64,000 nucleotides of DNA from Amoebidium appalachense (taxonomy: Eukaryota; Protista; Ichthyosporea). The stretch is taken from NCBI GenBank assembly GCA_963693365.1, contig CAVNZM010000018.1, positions 2,022,728 to 2,086,727 of the forward strand. The letters run 5' to 3'. The stretch's first letter is position 1; each line of letters starts with the position of its first letter. The position numbers and the translations under genes are program-made. The notes below the pieces were generated by a model that had not been told where the DNA came from, ran no database searches, and saw only the letters and a list, made by a program, of their open reading frames with translations. Below are positions 1 to 13,164 of the stretch, in pieces.

Positions 1-952
1 TATTTCCATATTAAACTTGCATGTTGTAACGTCGTTTTCTACTTGTGTAACTTGTTGGGTGGAAGTACTGTTGGTCTTGGTGCCGACACCACATCATAGC
101 TCACCGTGATACATGTCGTTACTTAACAGCACGTTCTCCCCCCCCAAAACACTACTGTGTTATTGACAACTGCTGAACTTCAGAATCGGACAACTGCTGA
201 ACTTCAGAATTTACTAAGTTAACTTTGTCGGTTAATTGAAAAGCCAGAATACATGCATGGAATCTGTTGGGCACTTAGTAGACATGCCATGATATATGGT
301 AAATGTTTTAGTCCATGTATGCGTGTGTACACCGTGACTAGGCTCAGGTCTACATTGCAAATGCATTGCAGTGTACATACAAATTAGACCCCCCCCCCCC
401 CCCCCCCCCCCCTTCCCCCCTCCCCCCCCCCCCCCCCAAAAAAAAAAAAAAAAAAAAAAAGAAAAGAAAAGGAAAAGTAGTCAGCAACTGAACTCCCCCC
501 ACCCCCACCCTCCCCCCTCCCCCCCTTCCCCCCCCACCCCTCCCCCCCCCCCCCCCCCCCCCCCCCTCCCCCCTCCCTCCCCTCCCTCTCCCCCTCCCCC
601 CTCCTGGCCCTCCCCCCCCCCCCCCCCCACGCTCCCCCCCCCGCCCCTCCCCCCATCCCCTTAGGCCTCCCCCCTCCTCCACTATGTTATCTCGGTACAT
701 GTTCTTAAGATTTTCAAATATCTGCGGGCTGAAGGTTTTTAACGGCCTCCGGGGCAGGGGGGGAGGGGTTGACCCTGGCCTCGGGAGTTGAAATGGTTCT
801 GGTTGGTGGGTGGTTGGGGGGGGGGGGGGGGGAGAGGGGGGGGGGGGGGGGGGAGAGGGGGGGGGAAGGGGGGGGGGGGGGAGGAGAGCTGAAGAGGACC
901 CGAGGGCCTGGAGAAAGAAATGGGGTGGGGGAGGAGGAGGGGGAGAGGAGGG

Positions 953-2400
953 TTTTTTTTCTTCTTTAATTTAATTTAATTTTTTTTTATCACGTTTTGT
1001 TCCCGGAGGGCTTCAGGCCCTCTAGGGAAACTACCGTCTACCACACAGCACCGACAGTACAGTAGTTAAGCTGCTATCTATGAGTTCAGCTAAGCTAAAC
1101 CATCCTCCTAACTATAAGTACGCACTTTGCCCAGGGCTACTACCCCAGCCACGCCGGCAGGAGGCTCCAGTCCTCCCCTCCATTCAAAACCTAGCAATAA
1201 ACGTTCACCGAGGGCTCTCATTGGTCGATCTACAGTATTGGGAAGTCATAAGTGTTGTGTGCAGTATTTACGGTGGTTATGGGTGGATGATGGGGTGTGG
1301 TGGTGGTGGTGGTGGGGGGTTGCTGCCTAACATTATGTGTTGTTGTGCGTATGTTGTGGCGATGTTTTTGTGAACTATTGTAAGGTGGGTTTTACAGGCA
1401 CACTGGGTCTGTGTGTGTTCCGGCAGTCAGAACAGGCTGGCCGGGTGTGTGTGGGGGGTGTATTTGTGTGTGTCTTGGGTTTTTGGGGAGCCATACTTTT
1501 CTTTCTACGGGTGATGGGTATATGGTGGTGTTTTTGCATTTTGGGTTGGGTGGGGGGGGAGTGTTGTGTTCCGTGGGTGCCAAATTTTTGAAAAGAAAAA
1601 GGACTGCAACTCTACTGTGATTTTTCCTAAGATGGCCCGGGTGGTGGTCTTGGTGGTGCCGGTGGCTGCAAGTAGTGGGCCCACCGATCGTGGGCAGAAT
1701 CCCCGTTCGACCCACTTGATGTCTTTGGGGTCTGGTGGGTCACCGTTGCCGCCTATCCAGTTTATCCATGCACATTGGTCTACCACCGTGGCTGCCGTAT
1801 GTTGGTGCTGTGCCGTGGGGGTGTTTGGATGACGAGTGTGCAGGACGTTGTGGATGCAGGCTGTGATGGCCGTTGTCAGGGTGGGGACCTCCCCGGCATG
1901 GGCCGGGCAGGCCCAGATATGGGTGGTGGTCTCAGGGTGCTGGCTGCACCGGGGGCATGTGGGCTGTGTCACGACGGTGGGGTGATCTCGGTGTAGCCGT
2001 GTCATGGTTGGCAGGGTGCCCATAGCCAGCGACAGGCTACGAGTATTGCCTCTGACGGCCCCGATGGTTGCCTGTGCGGGCCCCTTGTTGAGGTTGAGGG
2101 GGTTCCGTTCGGCTGGGAGCAGTCTGGGATCGGCTAGTATGGACATAGCCTTGGCCTTGCCGGCCATGTCGGTGAGGAAGTCCTTGTTCAACCGGTTTAG
2201 TGTACCGGGAATGTTGCCGGGGATACGGTGGCCTTGTAGTCGTAGGAAGTATCCCCCCCCCCCCCCCCCCCCCCCCCCCGGGGCCGGAGGTAGGGGGGGG
2301 GGGGGGGAAGGGCTCTTCCTGCATTGGCTGCCTTACATGTCTGCCTCGTTATTCCGTTGACCGTACCGTTTGGTGTTGGATTGGTGCCCCGTCACCCACG
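953..2400 (-). mobile_element. 5'-truncated non-LTR retrotransposon (L1/Tx1-like): ORF2 C-terminus, 3' UTR and A-rich tail
   Basis: ORF 1505..2191(-) contains LPTMTRL..P....CPRC....ETTTHIWAC and IWHPRN, the zinc-binding (zf-RVT-type) C-terminus of L1-clade ORF2. A-rich tail at 953-990 on the minus strand. 5' boundary approximate; frame broken at G/C runs. Confidence 0.75.
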
Positions 2401-2717
2401 AGAGGAGGGGGGGGGAGGGAGGGGGAAATTTGTATGAGGAGCCTTGCATGGGGGGGGGGGGGGGGGGGGAAGGGGGGGGGGAGGAGGGGGGGAGGGGAGG
2501 GGGGAGTGAGGAGGGGGGGGGGGGGGGGGGGGCTGGGGACGAGAAGGGGTCATAGCTAAGTTGGGTGGGGGGGGAGGGGAGCGGTGTTGGAATAGAATTT
2601 TCAACTGGTCCGTTAATAATACATCCTAAAATCTGGCCGCAGTTCGTATTCCCAAAAAAAAAATAAAAAATCCGAATTGGCTGCTAACTAGCTAGCTTCG
2701 GATTCTTAAGGTACCTT

Positions 2718-2979
2718 AAACCAAGCACCGCTTCTCCCATTTTAGGCACAATCGAGGTTGATCCGATCGAGGATTCCATATTCCCCTGGCGCCGCCTACG
2801 AAATAATTGAACCTATCAAAAGATCGAGGGAGTGACGTCATTCTCAGGAAAAGTGTGCCCAGACGTATAGTACCTAACTCCCTCGATCGCTTGATAAGTT
2901 CGATTATCTCGTAGGCGGCGCCAGGGCCATCGGAATGCGATGAATTTGGGTAAGGGGCCCCTGGGAGAAGCGGTGGTTT
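2718..2979. repeat. Long nested inverted repeat (MITE-like or hairpin RNA)
   Basis: Inner arms 2784-2833 and 2877-2926 match at 45/50; outer arms share accgcttctccca / tgggagaagcggt. Confidence 0.8.
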
Positions 2980-3587
2980 GTGCTGTTTATTATCGACATA
3001 CAGGCTTGAGGTCGTGATACGTTGCCGGCACCAAGGCCAACATGCACTCCACCCAACGGGTTACATGATACGCCGGGATAGCATGCAAATATTTTGAACC
3101 GAGATATGAGCATACTAAATTTGAAACCGGGATTTCATGGTAATTTTCGGGTTTCTAGAAGCTGCTTTCACACCTGCTCGATTTGTATGTAGGTCTCAAA
3201 ATCAATCAAACTTATGCTCTTACACGACAATACCCTCCAACCGAAGTGAAGTAGTTTCTGTCTATCCATTTGTAAATGTGGAACCGGAGGCACATACTAT
3301 TTCAAATACAATGATTCTACACTGTCTTCCCTGTTTTCTTATTTCTTTAACATTGTTTAGAAGCCCAGCCTGTCCTTGCTATTTTTGAAATTTACTAGTT
3401 TGAAAGTGCTGAGGTTCAGAATTGTTTAAAACTTATACTTGGAAATCAAATTTGTTGCTTTTGACCTGACATTCTTGCACTTTGATGCATAATATTATGG
3501 GAGCGTAAAGTGATCACATTTCAACCCTTTTGGCTAATTCTTGCTTCGAAATATGATGGCAGTGCCTATAAGGTTCATTGACATTAC

Positions 3588-4241
3588 CTTGCTGACAGCG
3601 CCATTGGCAGCATTGGTCGCACTGTTAACAGCTCCATTAACAGTATTTGCGGCATTGTTCAAGGCCCCAGACGCACTGTTCAAAGCCCCATTGGCGGTTT
3701 TTGACGCTCCGCTCAAAGCCCCAGACGCGCTGTTAATGGCTCCGTTCGCAGCATTTGCGGCATTGTTCAAAGCCCCGGACGCACTGTTCACGGCACCATT
3801 AACAGCATTTGTTGCACCATTCACAGCCCCATTAACGGCATTTGACGCACCGTTCAAAGCCCCAGTTGCACCATTCAAAGCGCCATTAGCAGCAGTTGTC
3901 GCACTGTTCAAAACGCCACTGGCAGCATTTGACGCACTGTTCCAGGCGCCAGTAACAGCATTTGACGCACTGTTCCACGCCCCGGTGGCAGCATTCGCAG
4001 CGCCGTTAGCAATGTTTGTCGCGCCGGAAACAACGTCCTTGCCAGCGTTGGTAACGGCATTCCCAACGGTGTTGACAGCACCAGTAACAGCACCTCCGAC
4101 CTTGTTAGCGGTACCAGTAACGGCGTTGCCGATTTCTTTGAAGATTCCCCACCCTGCGTGTGCGCCGGGGGTAGGATTGGCGACAAGCGCGAAGATGAGA
4201 AAGGCCGCGGCCGAAAGCTTGAAAAAACGTGCAGGATTCAT
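3588..4241 (-). CDS. Exon 1 of a secreted Ala/Gly/Asn/Ser-rich repeat protein (paralog A); downstream exons not resolved
   Basis: ATG at 4241 gives a signal peptide MNPARFFKLSAAAFLIFALVANPTPGAHA, then 7/11-residue repeats (TGAWNSASNAV, NGALNSA). Donor AAG|GTAATG at 3588/3587. Clear paralog at 23860-24135. Confidence 0.85.
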
Positions 4242-4350
4242 CTTGCCGTAGGTACTTTCCTTGCGTTCCGCGGTTTGGGGGGTGGGAAGGTCCAAACAGT
4301 TCAGTGCAGATTGATGGCGCAGAACTGAAGTTATGCAGGCGGACAGGCGG

Positions 4351-4358
4351 TTTTTATA
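4351..4358 (-). promoter_or_regulatory. TATA box of paralog A
   Basis: GCTATAAAAA ~110 nt upstream of the ATG; same motif at a similar distance in paralog B. Confidence 0.6.
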
Positions 4359-4867
4359 GCCTTAAAACAGGTCGAATCAGCCAATCATATGCTTCGGCAC
4401 TATTGTTGACGAGACTCGCGGCTCGCCCGTCTCGCCGTCACTCATGTGAGGCGGACTAGGGGAGTTACAGTGTACATGAGCATGCAGCTGGGATAAATTC
4501 TAAAATGAAAAGTGAAAAAGGAATAAACACAGGGTATTCTTATTATATACATAAATTTGCCGTGGTGTTTTATACATTTTACAGAAATCATCGTTATTAA
4601 ATGCATACGTTGTTGAAAACTTGCAACAGAAAACCCTGTACACGTACGGAATTGAATGCGGAAAGTTTTTTTATTCCGTTGTTATCTTCCACTTCGCATG
4701 ACAAATATGCGCTTGCATTCCAAACGGTTTGATGTGATAAACATTTTAACAATAAATACATATTACCTTCCTGTAGAACTGGTCTTTCTCTAGCTGATGG
4801 TATTATTGATCAATTACCACGCTTTTACTGTACACGTGCTATACAGTGGAGATCTAATAAGTATAAG

Positions 4868-5115
4868 GTGGCATCATTTGCATGCCCAAACAACACACAC
4901 ACACACCAGTTTAACCGGTCATGTATCGCCAAATGTAGTTTGATAGACCACATAATACCGCAACACACACACGTCACATTCACAACAGACACCCAGAAAG
5001 ATAGCCTACCTGTAAATTACAACATCCTTGATTTTATACTAAACACGCGTAACTACGACCTGTTTATTAAATGTATTGATTGGCTTGAGAAACACATCAC
5101 TACAAAATTATAGCG

Positions 5116-5188
<73 letters not shown>
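4868..5188 (+). mobile_element. Possible 3' remnant of a LINE with a (CA)n tail
   Basis: Short ORF with CxxC...DH and a C-terminal ILN...LF...KL*, followed almost immediately by a (CA)n run. Resemblance to LINE ORF2 ends judged by eye only. Confidence 0.25.
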
Positions 5189-5192
<4 letters not shown>

Positions 5193-5678
5193 AGGAGTCA
5201 TGGGGCGAGTGGCCGAGCGAGACCGAAGTTATTTCGGCGAGCCGTCGGTTATTTTGGCGAGCCGATAGGCGAGCCAAAATAATCGTCAAGGCGAGCCGAA
5301 ATAACGAGGTCGAGCGAGGACACGAGCCGACATGATCCGGTTACGATATGACCCATAAAGATTTAGCATTCACTTTATTGATACATTATGCAAACTTTAA
5401 CTCGGTTATTTGATTCATACATCATTACATTCACATTTCAGGCTCATTTTCCTAGTGATCGCTTTGATTGGCTAGCAGCGCACTCACCCATTAACCCGGT
5501 TATTCGATTCCTCTAACCCAATAGAAATGTCCATAGCCTGGTTATTTCGGTGAGTGCGCTCTAGGCCAATCACGGCAAGACTAACTGAAGTTAAAGGTCG
5601 TGTCGTCATCCAATCAGATCACACCCCGACGCTCGGAATATCGTAACCAGCTGATACCGAGTGTCCCGAGGGGAGCCC

Positions 5679-5744
<66 letters not shown>

Positions 5745-6783
5745 GGGGAACCCCAACTAATTGATTTCTCCTTATAGTCTTTATGGTGTCTCGTAGAGAA
5801 AGTAAACCCTGATATATAGTCACCACCCGACATCTATGTACGTGATCATGATATACCGCTGAGGGGATATTCCGAGCAAAAACCCCCCCCATACCTGAGA
5901 CTGGTTCTCTTTGCCTCGAGTAAACAGCGTAAACCCCCCCTTTAACATATGGCATTCAACTGGGCGGTGTCACAGCTCAGCACCGGATCAAAGTGTGACA
6001 TACAACCACAAAATGTAGGCGAACCTCCATGTTAGCGTTTCTTAAAGGAACCTCCATTTATTTTCTTTTTCTGGATTATTCACTAGTGAAGAAAAATGAG
6101 CATCATAGGTATGAGAGCGTGCACCAGCCAAGCGCGTATTTTCTTGAGCAGATTTGCGAAATAAGAATCCAGAGCAACGCATTGGAATGTGGCGATCGAA
6201 TAGTGGTTCAGATGATTGGTGGACATATCGAAAACCGCTATTTGATTGGTGTAAAGTTGTAAGACGCCGACGGCCGGCGCACAGTCCGCTCCCCCCGCCC
6301 CCGCCCCCCCCCCCCCCCCCTCCCCCCCCCCCCCCCTCCCCCCCCCCCCCCCCCCTCCCGGGCCCCTGGGGCCCCGCCTGGTGAGCTGAACAGTCGGAGG
6401 CTTACCCAGTCATATTGGCTATGTGAGTGAATGCGGCTCGAGTATGTTATTCAAGATCATGCATACAGCACACTGATGTAGGTGACTAGTACAGTTTGAT
6501 CCAGGCGGTGTCACTGATCATGAAGTACGTACTAATATGTTTAATATTACGATTCTCGGCTCAGCTTTGGGTTCACTGTGACTTGTACAAGTTCAAGTAA
6601 TGGTCATGACCCCCCATCCCCCCATCAGATTCCCCCCGCCCTCTCTCCCCCCCCCTCCCCCGCTCCCCCTTCCCCCCGCCCACCCCAGGTAGTACCTCCT
6701 CACCCCCCTTCCCCCCCCTCGCCCCTCGCCCCTCCCCCCCTCTCCCCCCTCCCCCTCCCCCCCCCCACCCCCCACCACCACCA

Positions 6784-6891
<108 letters not shown>

Positions 6892-7404
6892 ACACATGAT
6901 CTACCACAACTGCACATGCAGAACACGCGAGGGGCTGCTCAGGGGCAGTGCTTCACTGCTCGCATCGGATTCGATTACTGGATTACCCCAAAACTGTCAA
7001 AAACATATGACAGAGAGCGTCAGACCGTGTACAATAGGCTACTGCCGGACCGTGAACCCGCTTATCATATTGGCCTGCCAGCGGGCGTGACACGCTGAGT
7101 TGTTGCTAACAACCGGCTAATTATTTTTTGGAATGCAGCAGGCTGCAGCCTACTTGAAAACATCCAGATCATTGGTGGAGTGGTCATGAGTCGACCCGCT
7201 TCTCAATATGACACCTTTCCAATTTCTAGTAGCCAACATATTGTCTGCATTGTCAATGCATGAAGTGTACACATGTCAGCACGGATTGTGCTGATTAGGG
7301 TAGAAATTTCTGCTATCTCTGGCAATGCAACGCACACGTTTCAAGTCCATATCATTATTCTGGTCGCGAGCCCCCGGGTCCATCCCCCCCCCCCCCCCCC
7401 GGGG

Positions 7405-7441
<37 letters not shown>

Positions 7442-8249
7442 ACACATGTACACACAGCTACTAGTGGGCACTCGCCCTCTTTTACCCCCCAACAATACAC
7501 CTATTGTAGCTTTTCTCCCTCTTTAGATTTGTTTCTAGAACCTGCTTTCATTCTTTTCTCAGTATGCGTAGGACCGTCGGTCCCTATGTATCAATCTAAG
7601 AATAAACCCTAGTAGGTACATGAGACGGGGGACGTGACCCCCCCACATGTTCAACACGCACCGCGGGTTTGTTTATTCAAAAGAATGCATTAGGAATGTA
7701 GCTAACCTGGAACTGGTCAATTCATTGGTGGAAAGGGCAATAGCTGCTCGATGTATATCTACGTCACATAGCCGCTGATGACTGGCTGAAAGTTGTGAAG
7801 AGCCCACGACTAAGAACGAACCAATGTCACAGCTGTCTACCGACCGTGTGCGGCGTTGTGCCTGATCGCTTTCGTACAATAATCCAATTTTTCCCGCCTG
7901 TATTTTATATTCAGTTACGCTATTTAATCAACTTTATAAATAATTATGGACAATTTTGCTATAGGACCATTGCACTAAATTGCCTTGACTGCATGTATAC
8001 ACTTGCCATGGAAAATTATTTTATCACTTTCTTATACGCGGACATTTCGTTGCTCTCAGGCACGATGATCGCGGACGGTGTCCGAAAATAAAACCAAAGC
8101 ACTTTCACGTTGCGCTGCACACACACTGCTGGGGTCCGCCGTATTCCTCCCGCCCGTGTGTCTTTGAAAAAGCTCCCTCTTCTTTGCCGAAAAAACACTG
8201 ATATCGCTCAAATTAACGTACGTTTGTACACGTGCAATATATCAGAAAA

Positions 8250-10558
8250 ATGGTTTTCCGTCTCAATTCCGTTGCGGTTATCCTTGCCCTCGGGGCATCC
8301 ACGGCCTATTCCCAGGAGCCCATCTTGGGGGGAGGTGGCATGGAGTCCATTGCCAAGCCTCTCCCTGGCGTTTTTATCCCCCCTGTTCTCAGCGGCCCGA
8401 GCTCTGATGATGATGGAATCAGCGACAAGTGCGGGGAGAAGCTCAAGAGCATGTGTGACCCTACGGCGGACGCTATGACTTACGACACGTGCATTGCGGC
8501 CAAGGTGTGCGAGGCCGATGGGTTCTGCACCTATCAGGAGCTGCTACAGTTTTCGAACAGAGTTTGCAGCCTGGTGACTGTGGTAAGTGTTGTGTGGTAC
8601 CAGTAGAGTGCAAGGTTTTTTTTGTTTTTTTTTCGGTTTGGTTCGGTTGTTTGTTTGTTTATTTTGTTTGCTTTATCTCGTTGTTGTACCCGGAGGGATT
8701 CCTTAGCGCCTCAGTGATAGACGCTCGATCATCTCTTTCCCAACGGTTCATCAAAGTATTCACATACGTGGGTCGGTGGGCCGTTGAAAACATATTTATC
8801 ACCGCATTGTGTGTGCGTGTACGTTAGTTTGTTCCAGTGTGTCCAACCATTATAGCACTGCAGCTTTATTTGTATGAAAAATGTTGTTGGTACACCTTAC
8901 GCTACATAAGTTGGTACATGACACATACTTTAAATTACGGGCCCGCAGGTTCTAGCCAATCCTCAGACTCATACCAAATGCATACAGTTCACTGACTCGC
9001 TAAAATGATGCATACACCTCACCTCTTTGCCTTATAATGGATGATCGTTCCTTATGCCCTACACATAAAAATCACTGGCTCGATACTATAAGATGATGCA
9101 TCCTTTTTAAACTTATGCATGATCGTTTACTTATGCAATACACATGCAAATCACTGACTCGAAAGATTAACGAATGTTTCCCCTTAAACTTACGCATGAT
9201 TATTTCCTTCAGAGCGTTCTTGCCAAGTGCGGTCCCCTTTGCGACAACCCGCAGACTCAGGCACAGTGCAACTCGTGCCGTACGGCAACTTTCCGCCAAG
9301 GCGGCTGTGCAAATACATTTGCCGTTGATGCTGTGGTTATGCGCTATCTCAATAAGCTCAACGACGGAACATGCAAGGCTGAAAACGTGGGTCCTTTTCT
9401 TTCTCTTTCTATCTTTCCTTCTCTTCTCTTTCTATTACCGTCTCTTATCTCTCGCTCAGTGGCTATCTTTATACTCTGAGCCATTGTTTCCCTACAAACA
9501 CATAACGAAAATGATATGATTTTCTCACTCTCTTGCCCACAAATTCCATCTCTTGAAACTTTTTTAACCACATCGATTTATCTTACCTGACTCTTCCATT
9601 GTGGTCCTATCTAACCACATCACATCTCTTATCAGATCCTTACTCTCCCATTAATTTCTCTTTCATAACACACATTATTTCCCTGCAGACACAGGCTGGG
9701 GACGAGGATGTTGATGCAGACAAAAACGGCCTGACGGACGATTGTGAGAAGATCGTTAGGGCTACGTGCGACCCCACGAAGGAGGCAAACAACTATGACG
9801 AGTGTCTGTCTGCCAATGCCTGTCTCTTTGCTGACGCGTGTACTCCCAAGGAGCTCACCCTCTTCTCACTCCAGTATTGCAAACTCATGGAGACGGTCTG
9901 TACCCCTTCCTATCCTCCCCCCCCCCCCCCCCCCCCCCCCCTGCCGCTTATCCATGCATATGCATACATGCGCACACATGCGCGCTCACATAAAGAGACA
10001 CCGTGGCACTTTCGTACACATACACCCATACAACCACACAAACGCATTGTTCAAATGTAGCAAATAGCACACTTTATTGTAGGTTAGTTGCAAAGAGCCC
10101 ATTATGATACTTCTGGCACAACACACCGTGTGGGCCCACTGTATTATATCAAACCACTTAGGAATCGAATTCGAGTTATACATCAATGAGGCAAATTTTC
10201 TTGCTCTTGCTACACAACCAACCAAACCCCCCCCCCCCCCCCACCCCGCCCCCTCCCCCCACAAGAACACAAACTGTATGTTCTCAAAGAGACGAATTTT
10301 CATGTTCTTGCTAACAGTTCCCCCTCCCCCCCTCCCCCAACACACCCCCCCTACCCCCTTACCCCGCAGAGCGCGAAAACCGCGTCGTGCAAGAATGCAT
10401 GCAGCGGAGGACCCAAGGGGAAAGTTGACTGCGGTCGCTGTGTGCTGAAAACGCTCATCCCTGCCGGATGCGAGTACAACAACCTGTTAAACCAGAGACT
10501 GAAGGTGGTTGATGCCGTGTACAACAAGCTTCAGATGGGAGACTGCCAGCTTATGTAA
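8250..10558 (+). CDS. Secreted cysteine-rich protein, ~300 aa, two tandem 12-Cys modules; exons 8250-8582, 9213-9386, 9689-9895, 10370-10558
   Basis: Signal peptide MVFRLNSVAVILALGASTAYS. Four exons with GT-AG phase-0 introns join in frame to TAA. Each exon has 6 Cys; exon1 resembles exon3 (CDPT...YD.C) and exon2 resembles exon4 (CxxxC...CxxC...GC...NKL..G.C). Confidence 0.88.
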
Positions 10559-10958
10559 AGTTTTAATTATACTGTTAACGGAGAAGACAAGGCATAAAAA
10601 TATTTTACAAAATTTAAAAAGTTGGTATCTTCCATTCATTTAGAGTTCTTTTGCTAGTATGACCTTTTGTCTGCGCTAAGGGTGTGGCTATGGTAAAAAG
10701 CATGGGTTTTGGTTAGTGTTTTGTGCACGATTTTTTTGTTCTCCCTCATTCTATGGACCAATAAGAATGATGTAATAATAACCATGAATGGATCACACCT
10801 CAGTGATTGATATTCATGCCCGTTACCTTCGAGCCGGTCTCAGATCGACTCGTTAAAATAAAACTGGCAAATTGAAACGTGGCCGTGGTTTCAAAAATGA
10901 TCACAGGGGAAAATCCCCCCGTCCCCTTCCCCCTCCCCCCCCCCTCCCCCCCCCCCCC

Positions 10959-11670
10959 TGACATATACTAATCCGTCTCAGCAGATTAGCCTAAGTCTAC
11001 GATCGAGATCGGGGGGGGGGGGGGGGGGTGGCCCGGGTCCACAGATCATCAAGATCAAGTCCGGGGCCTCAAGATAGCTGTACAGCTGCGTGCATCTTGC
11101 CTCTGCCGGCGCAGGGCATTGGACCACGTCAGCCGGGACAGCCGTCCAATAGAATTCTAATTAGTGTGTAGGATAGATCGTAGGAGGACTTAGGAATGTC
11201 ATTGTTCGGGCAGAAGCCCTTTTGTAAGGATTGGCAAGGTTTGATAGTATATGTTGCCAAACGTATTTATATATTTAGATGTAGAGGAAAGGGGGGGAGG
11301 GAGGGGGGGGGAGGATAGTATGAAATGTAGATTTAGACTCTGCGGTGCCACTAGGGGGAGGGTGAGGGGTGAGACTTGGATAAATATATTAGTTGAGTAG
11401 ATCGACTTAGCTCGTGCAGGCGCACGATAAAAGTAGATCGGAATGTTAATGGAATGTGGCATCGTAGGGGGCCAGGTGATGATGATCTTGTAGGGCACGG
11501 CCTTGATGGCCTCAGTCGTAACTTAGACTCAATCCGTACGGATCTAAGTTTGCCCGTCGGAGCCTGGTCTTAATAAACTTTACCGTTTTTCTGTACACGT
11601 TCGTTCCTTTTCGTGTGTGTACACTTAGTAGAGTGCCGCGTCTCTAGTACACATACATTAGGATACGACA
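10959..11670 (+). repeat. 5' LTR of the chromovirus
   Basis: tgacatatac...ggatacgaca; appears identical to 18592-19331 apart from G-run lengths; AATAAA at ~11572. Confidence 0.97.
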
Positions 11671-11756
11671 AGCTACACCTTTCTTTTAGTGCGGTTTTTC
11701 GCGCTAGGGTAACGCGGTGACAGTTCCTTCTGGGCTGTTGCTACACCTCAAACACA

Positions 11757-11790
<34 letters not shown>

Positions 11791-11828
11791 ATAAACACAA
11801 CCACACGAGTTAGGGCACACACCACACA

Positions 11829-13164
11829 ATGGCTAAGTTTAACGTAGACATGTTCTACGCATTGGCAGCGGAGGATAGCTCCCTGCACACACAGGTACCA
11901 CAGGTTCATACACTAGACGTTAGACAGACCACAGCTTTCAGTTTTACACTCAAACACGACTCGGAAATCCCTAGGTGGCTTAGGACACTCCTAGCTAACA
12001 CACCCACACTAGTGTTAGACACAAAGAAGGCCCCCACTGTGGCGGCCTCGTGCTTAATGATCAAACAGTGCATCGACCACAAAACAATGGCCGACTTATG
12101 CACCCTGATGGAGGAGCACCCGTACCGGGCCGAGCAGGCCCCCCAGGTGACGGCTCGTATATACGAGCAGCAGTACGACGAGGGAAGGGACGAGATGGTG
12201 TCACGGACACTCGGCCAGAAACGTCTGGCCGCACGGTTCATCCCCGACGACGAGGACGAGAACAGCACCGACAACGTGGACGGGGAGCTCGAGGCCTTCA
12301 CACGGCCGGAAAACGAGCTCGAGTATACGGCCCGGCTCGTCGGCCGATACCTGACGGCCGACCGGCGCCGTACCTTCCGGGCCCAGCTCAGAGAATGGAA
12401 GTATACCTTTCCCACTTTAGATATGTCCCCCGTAGAAGCTCGTGCATTCTTTGAGAGGGAGTATCGGGTCTTTGAAGACCTTTGTGAGTTAGCAGGTGAC
12501 GTGAGTGATAGGGAAAAATTCGAGTTTGCTCGTAAGGCTCTCTCTGTAAACACAGACACTGCACGCATGTTTGGGGAGCATGATGATGTAGATGAGGTGG
12601 TGTTGCATGTTAAACGTCACTTGCTTGCCATGCACGAGGTGAAGTTCAATAAGAGGGATAAAAAGGAAGTGATGGAAGTAGACAAGAAAAAGAAGGAGAG
12701 TGGACCGAAGGGGGAAAAAGAGAAAAAAGAGGGTGAACAGCCAGATGCACTCACCATGTTGGTCAAGCAGGTTGCCGAGCTCTCCCAGGCCGTCTTCTCG
12801 GGCCGAGGGGGCTTCGGCTACCGGGGTGGCCGTGGCGGCGACCGGGGTGGACACGGCGGTCGTGGCCGAGGTGGACGTGGAGGACAACAGCAGCAGTTCA
12901 CCGAGAGGTTTGCCCCTTATCTTGCTCGTGGTGCTGGGCAGGGTAGAGGGAGGGGTGGAAATGGTGGTGAGAGAGGCCGAGGGGGGCAGGGGGGAAGGGG
13001 GGGGCCGTGGTGCACACGGTGGGCCCCCCCAGCATGACCGGGCTCCCGGTTATGCTTTGCGCCAAGGTTTTGAAGTCCCCCCTGGCCCCTTCTTTGGTGC
13101 ATGTTACTTTTGTGGCCGGCAAGGGCACTCTGCTGCATATTGCCGTAGTTACAAGAGCTATTGA
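11829..13164 (+). CDS. gag: Gag with RGG-rich region and CCHC zinc knuckle (apparent frameshift in a G-run near 12980-13005)
   Basis: ORF 11829..13037 continues in another frame to CYFCGRQGHSAAYC and a TGA at 13162-13164. Confidence 0.85.

Noticed and set aside
660-722. Possible downstream exon of paralog A (CCGCAG|IFENLKNMYRDNIVEEG)
   Set aside because: Plausible acceptor, but no clear donor or stop and no clear homology to paralog B's last exon.
1045-1056. GCACCGAC/GTCGGTGC resembling the tracrRNA 3' end
   Set aside because: Only 8 nt, inside a LINE 3' tail, with no RNA-guided nuclease ORF (Fanzor/TnpB/IscB) recognisable in the window.
3541-4251. 236-aa ORF antisense to paralog A
   Set aside because: Shadow of the repetitive Ala/Gly/Asn codons; the minus-strand ORF has the signal peptide, TATA box and paralog.
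5580-5742. Structured segment followed by a ~60-nt A run (possible SINE)
   Set aside because: No Pol III A/B boxes, TSD or second copy in the window; A runs are common here.
5190-6612. Possible hAT-like element with gagccga subterminal repeats
   Set aside because: Terminal inverted match is weak (~9 bp) and no TSD was identified.
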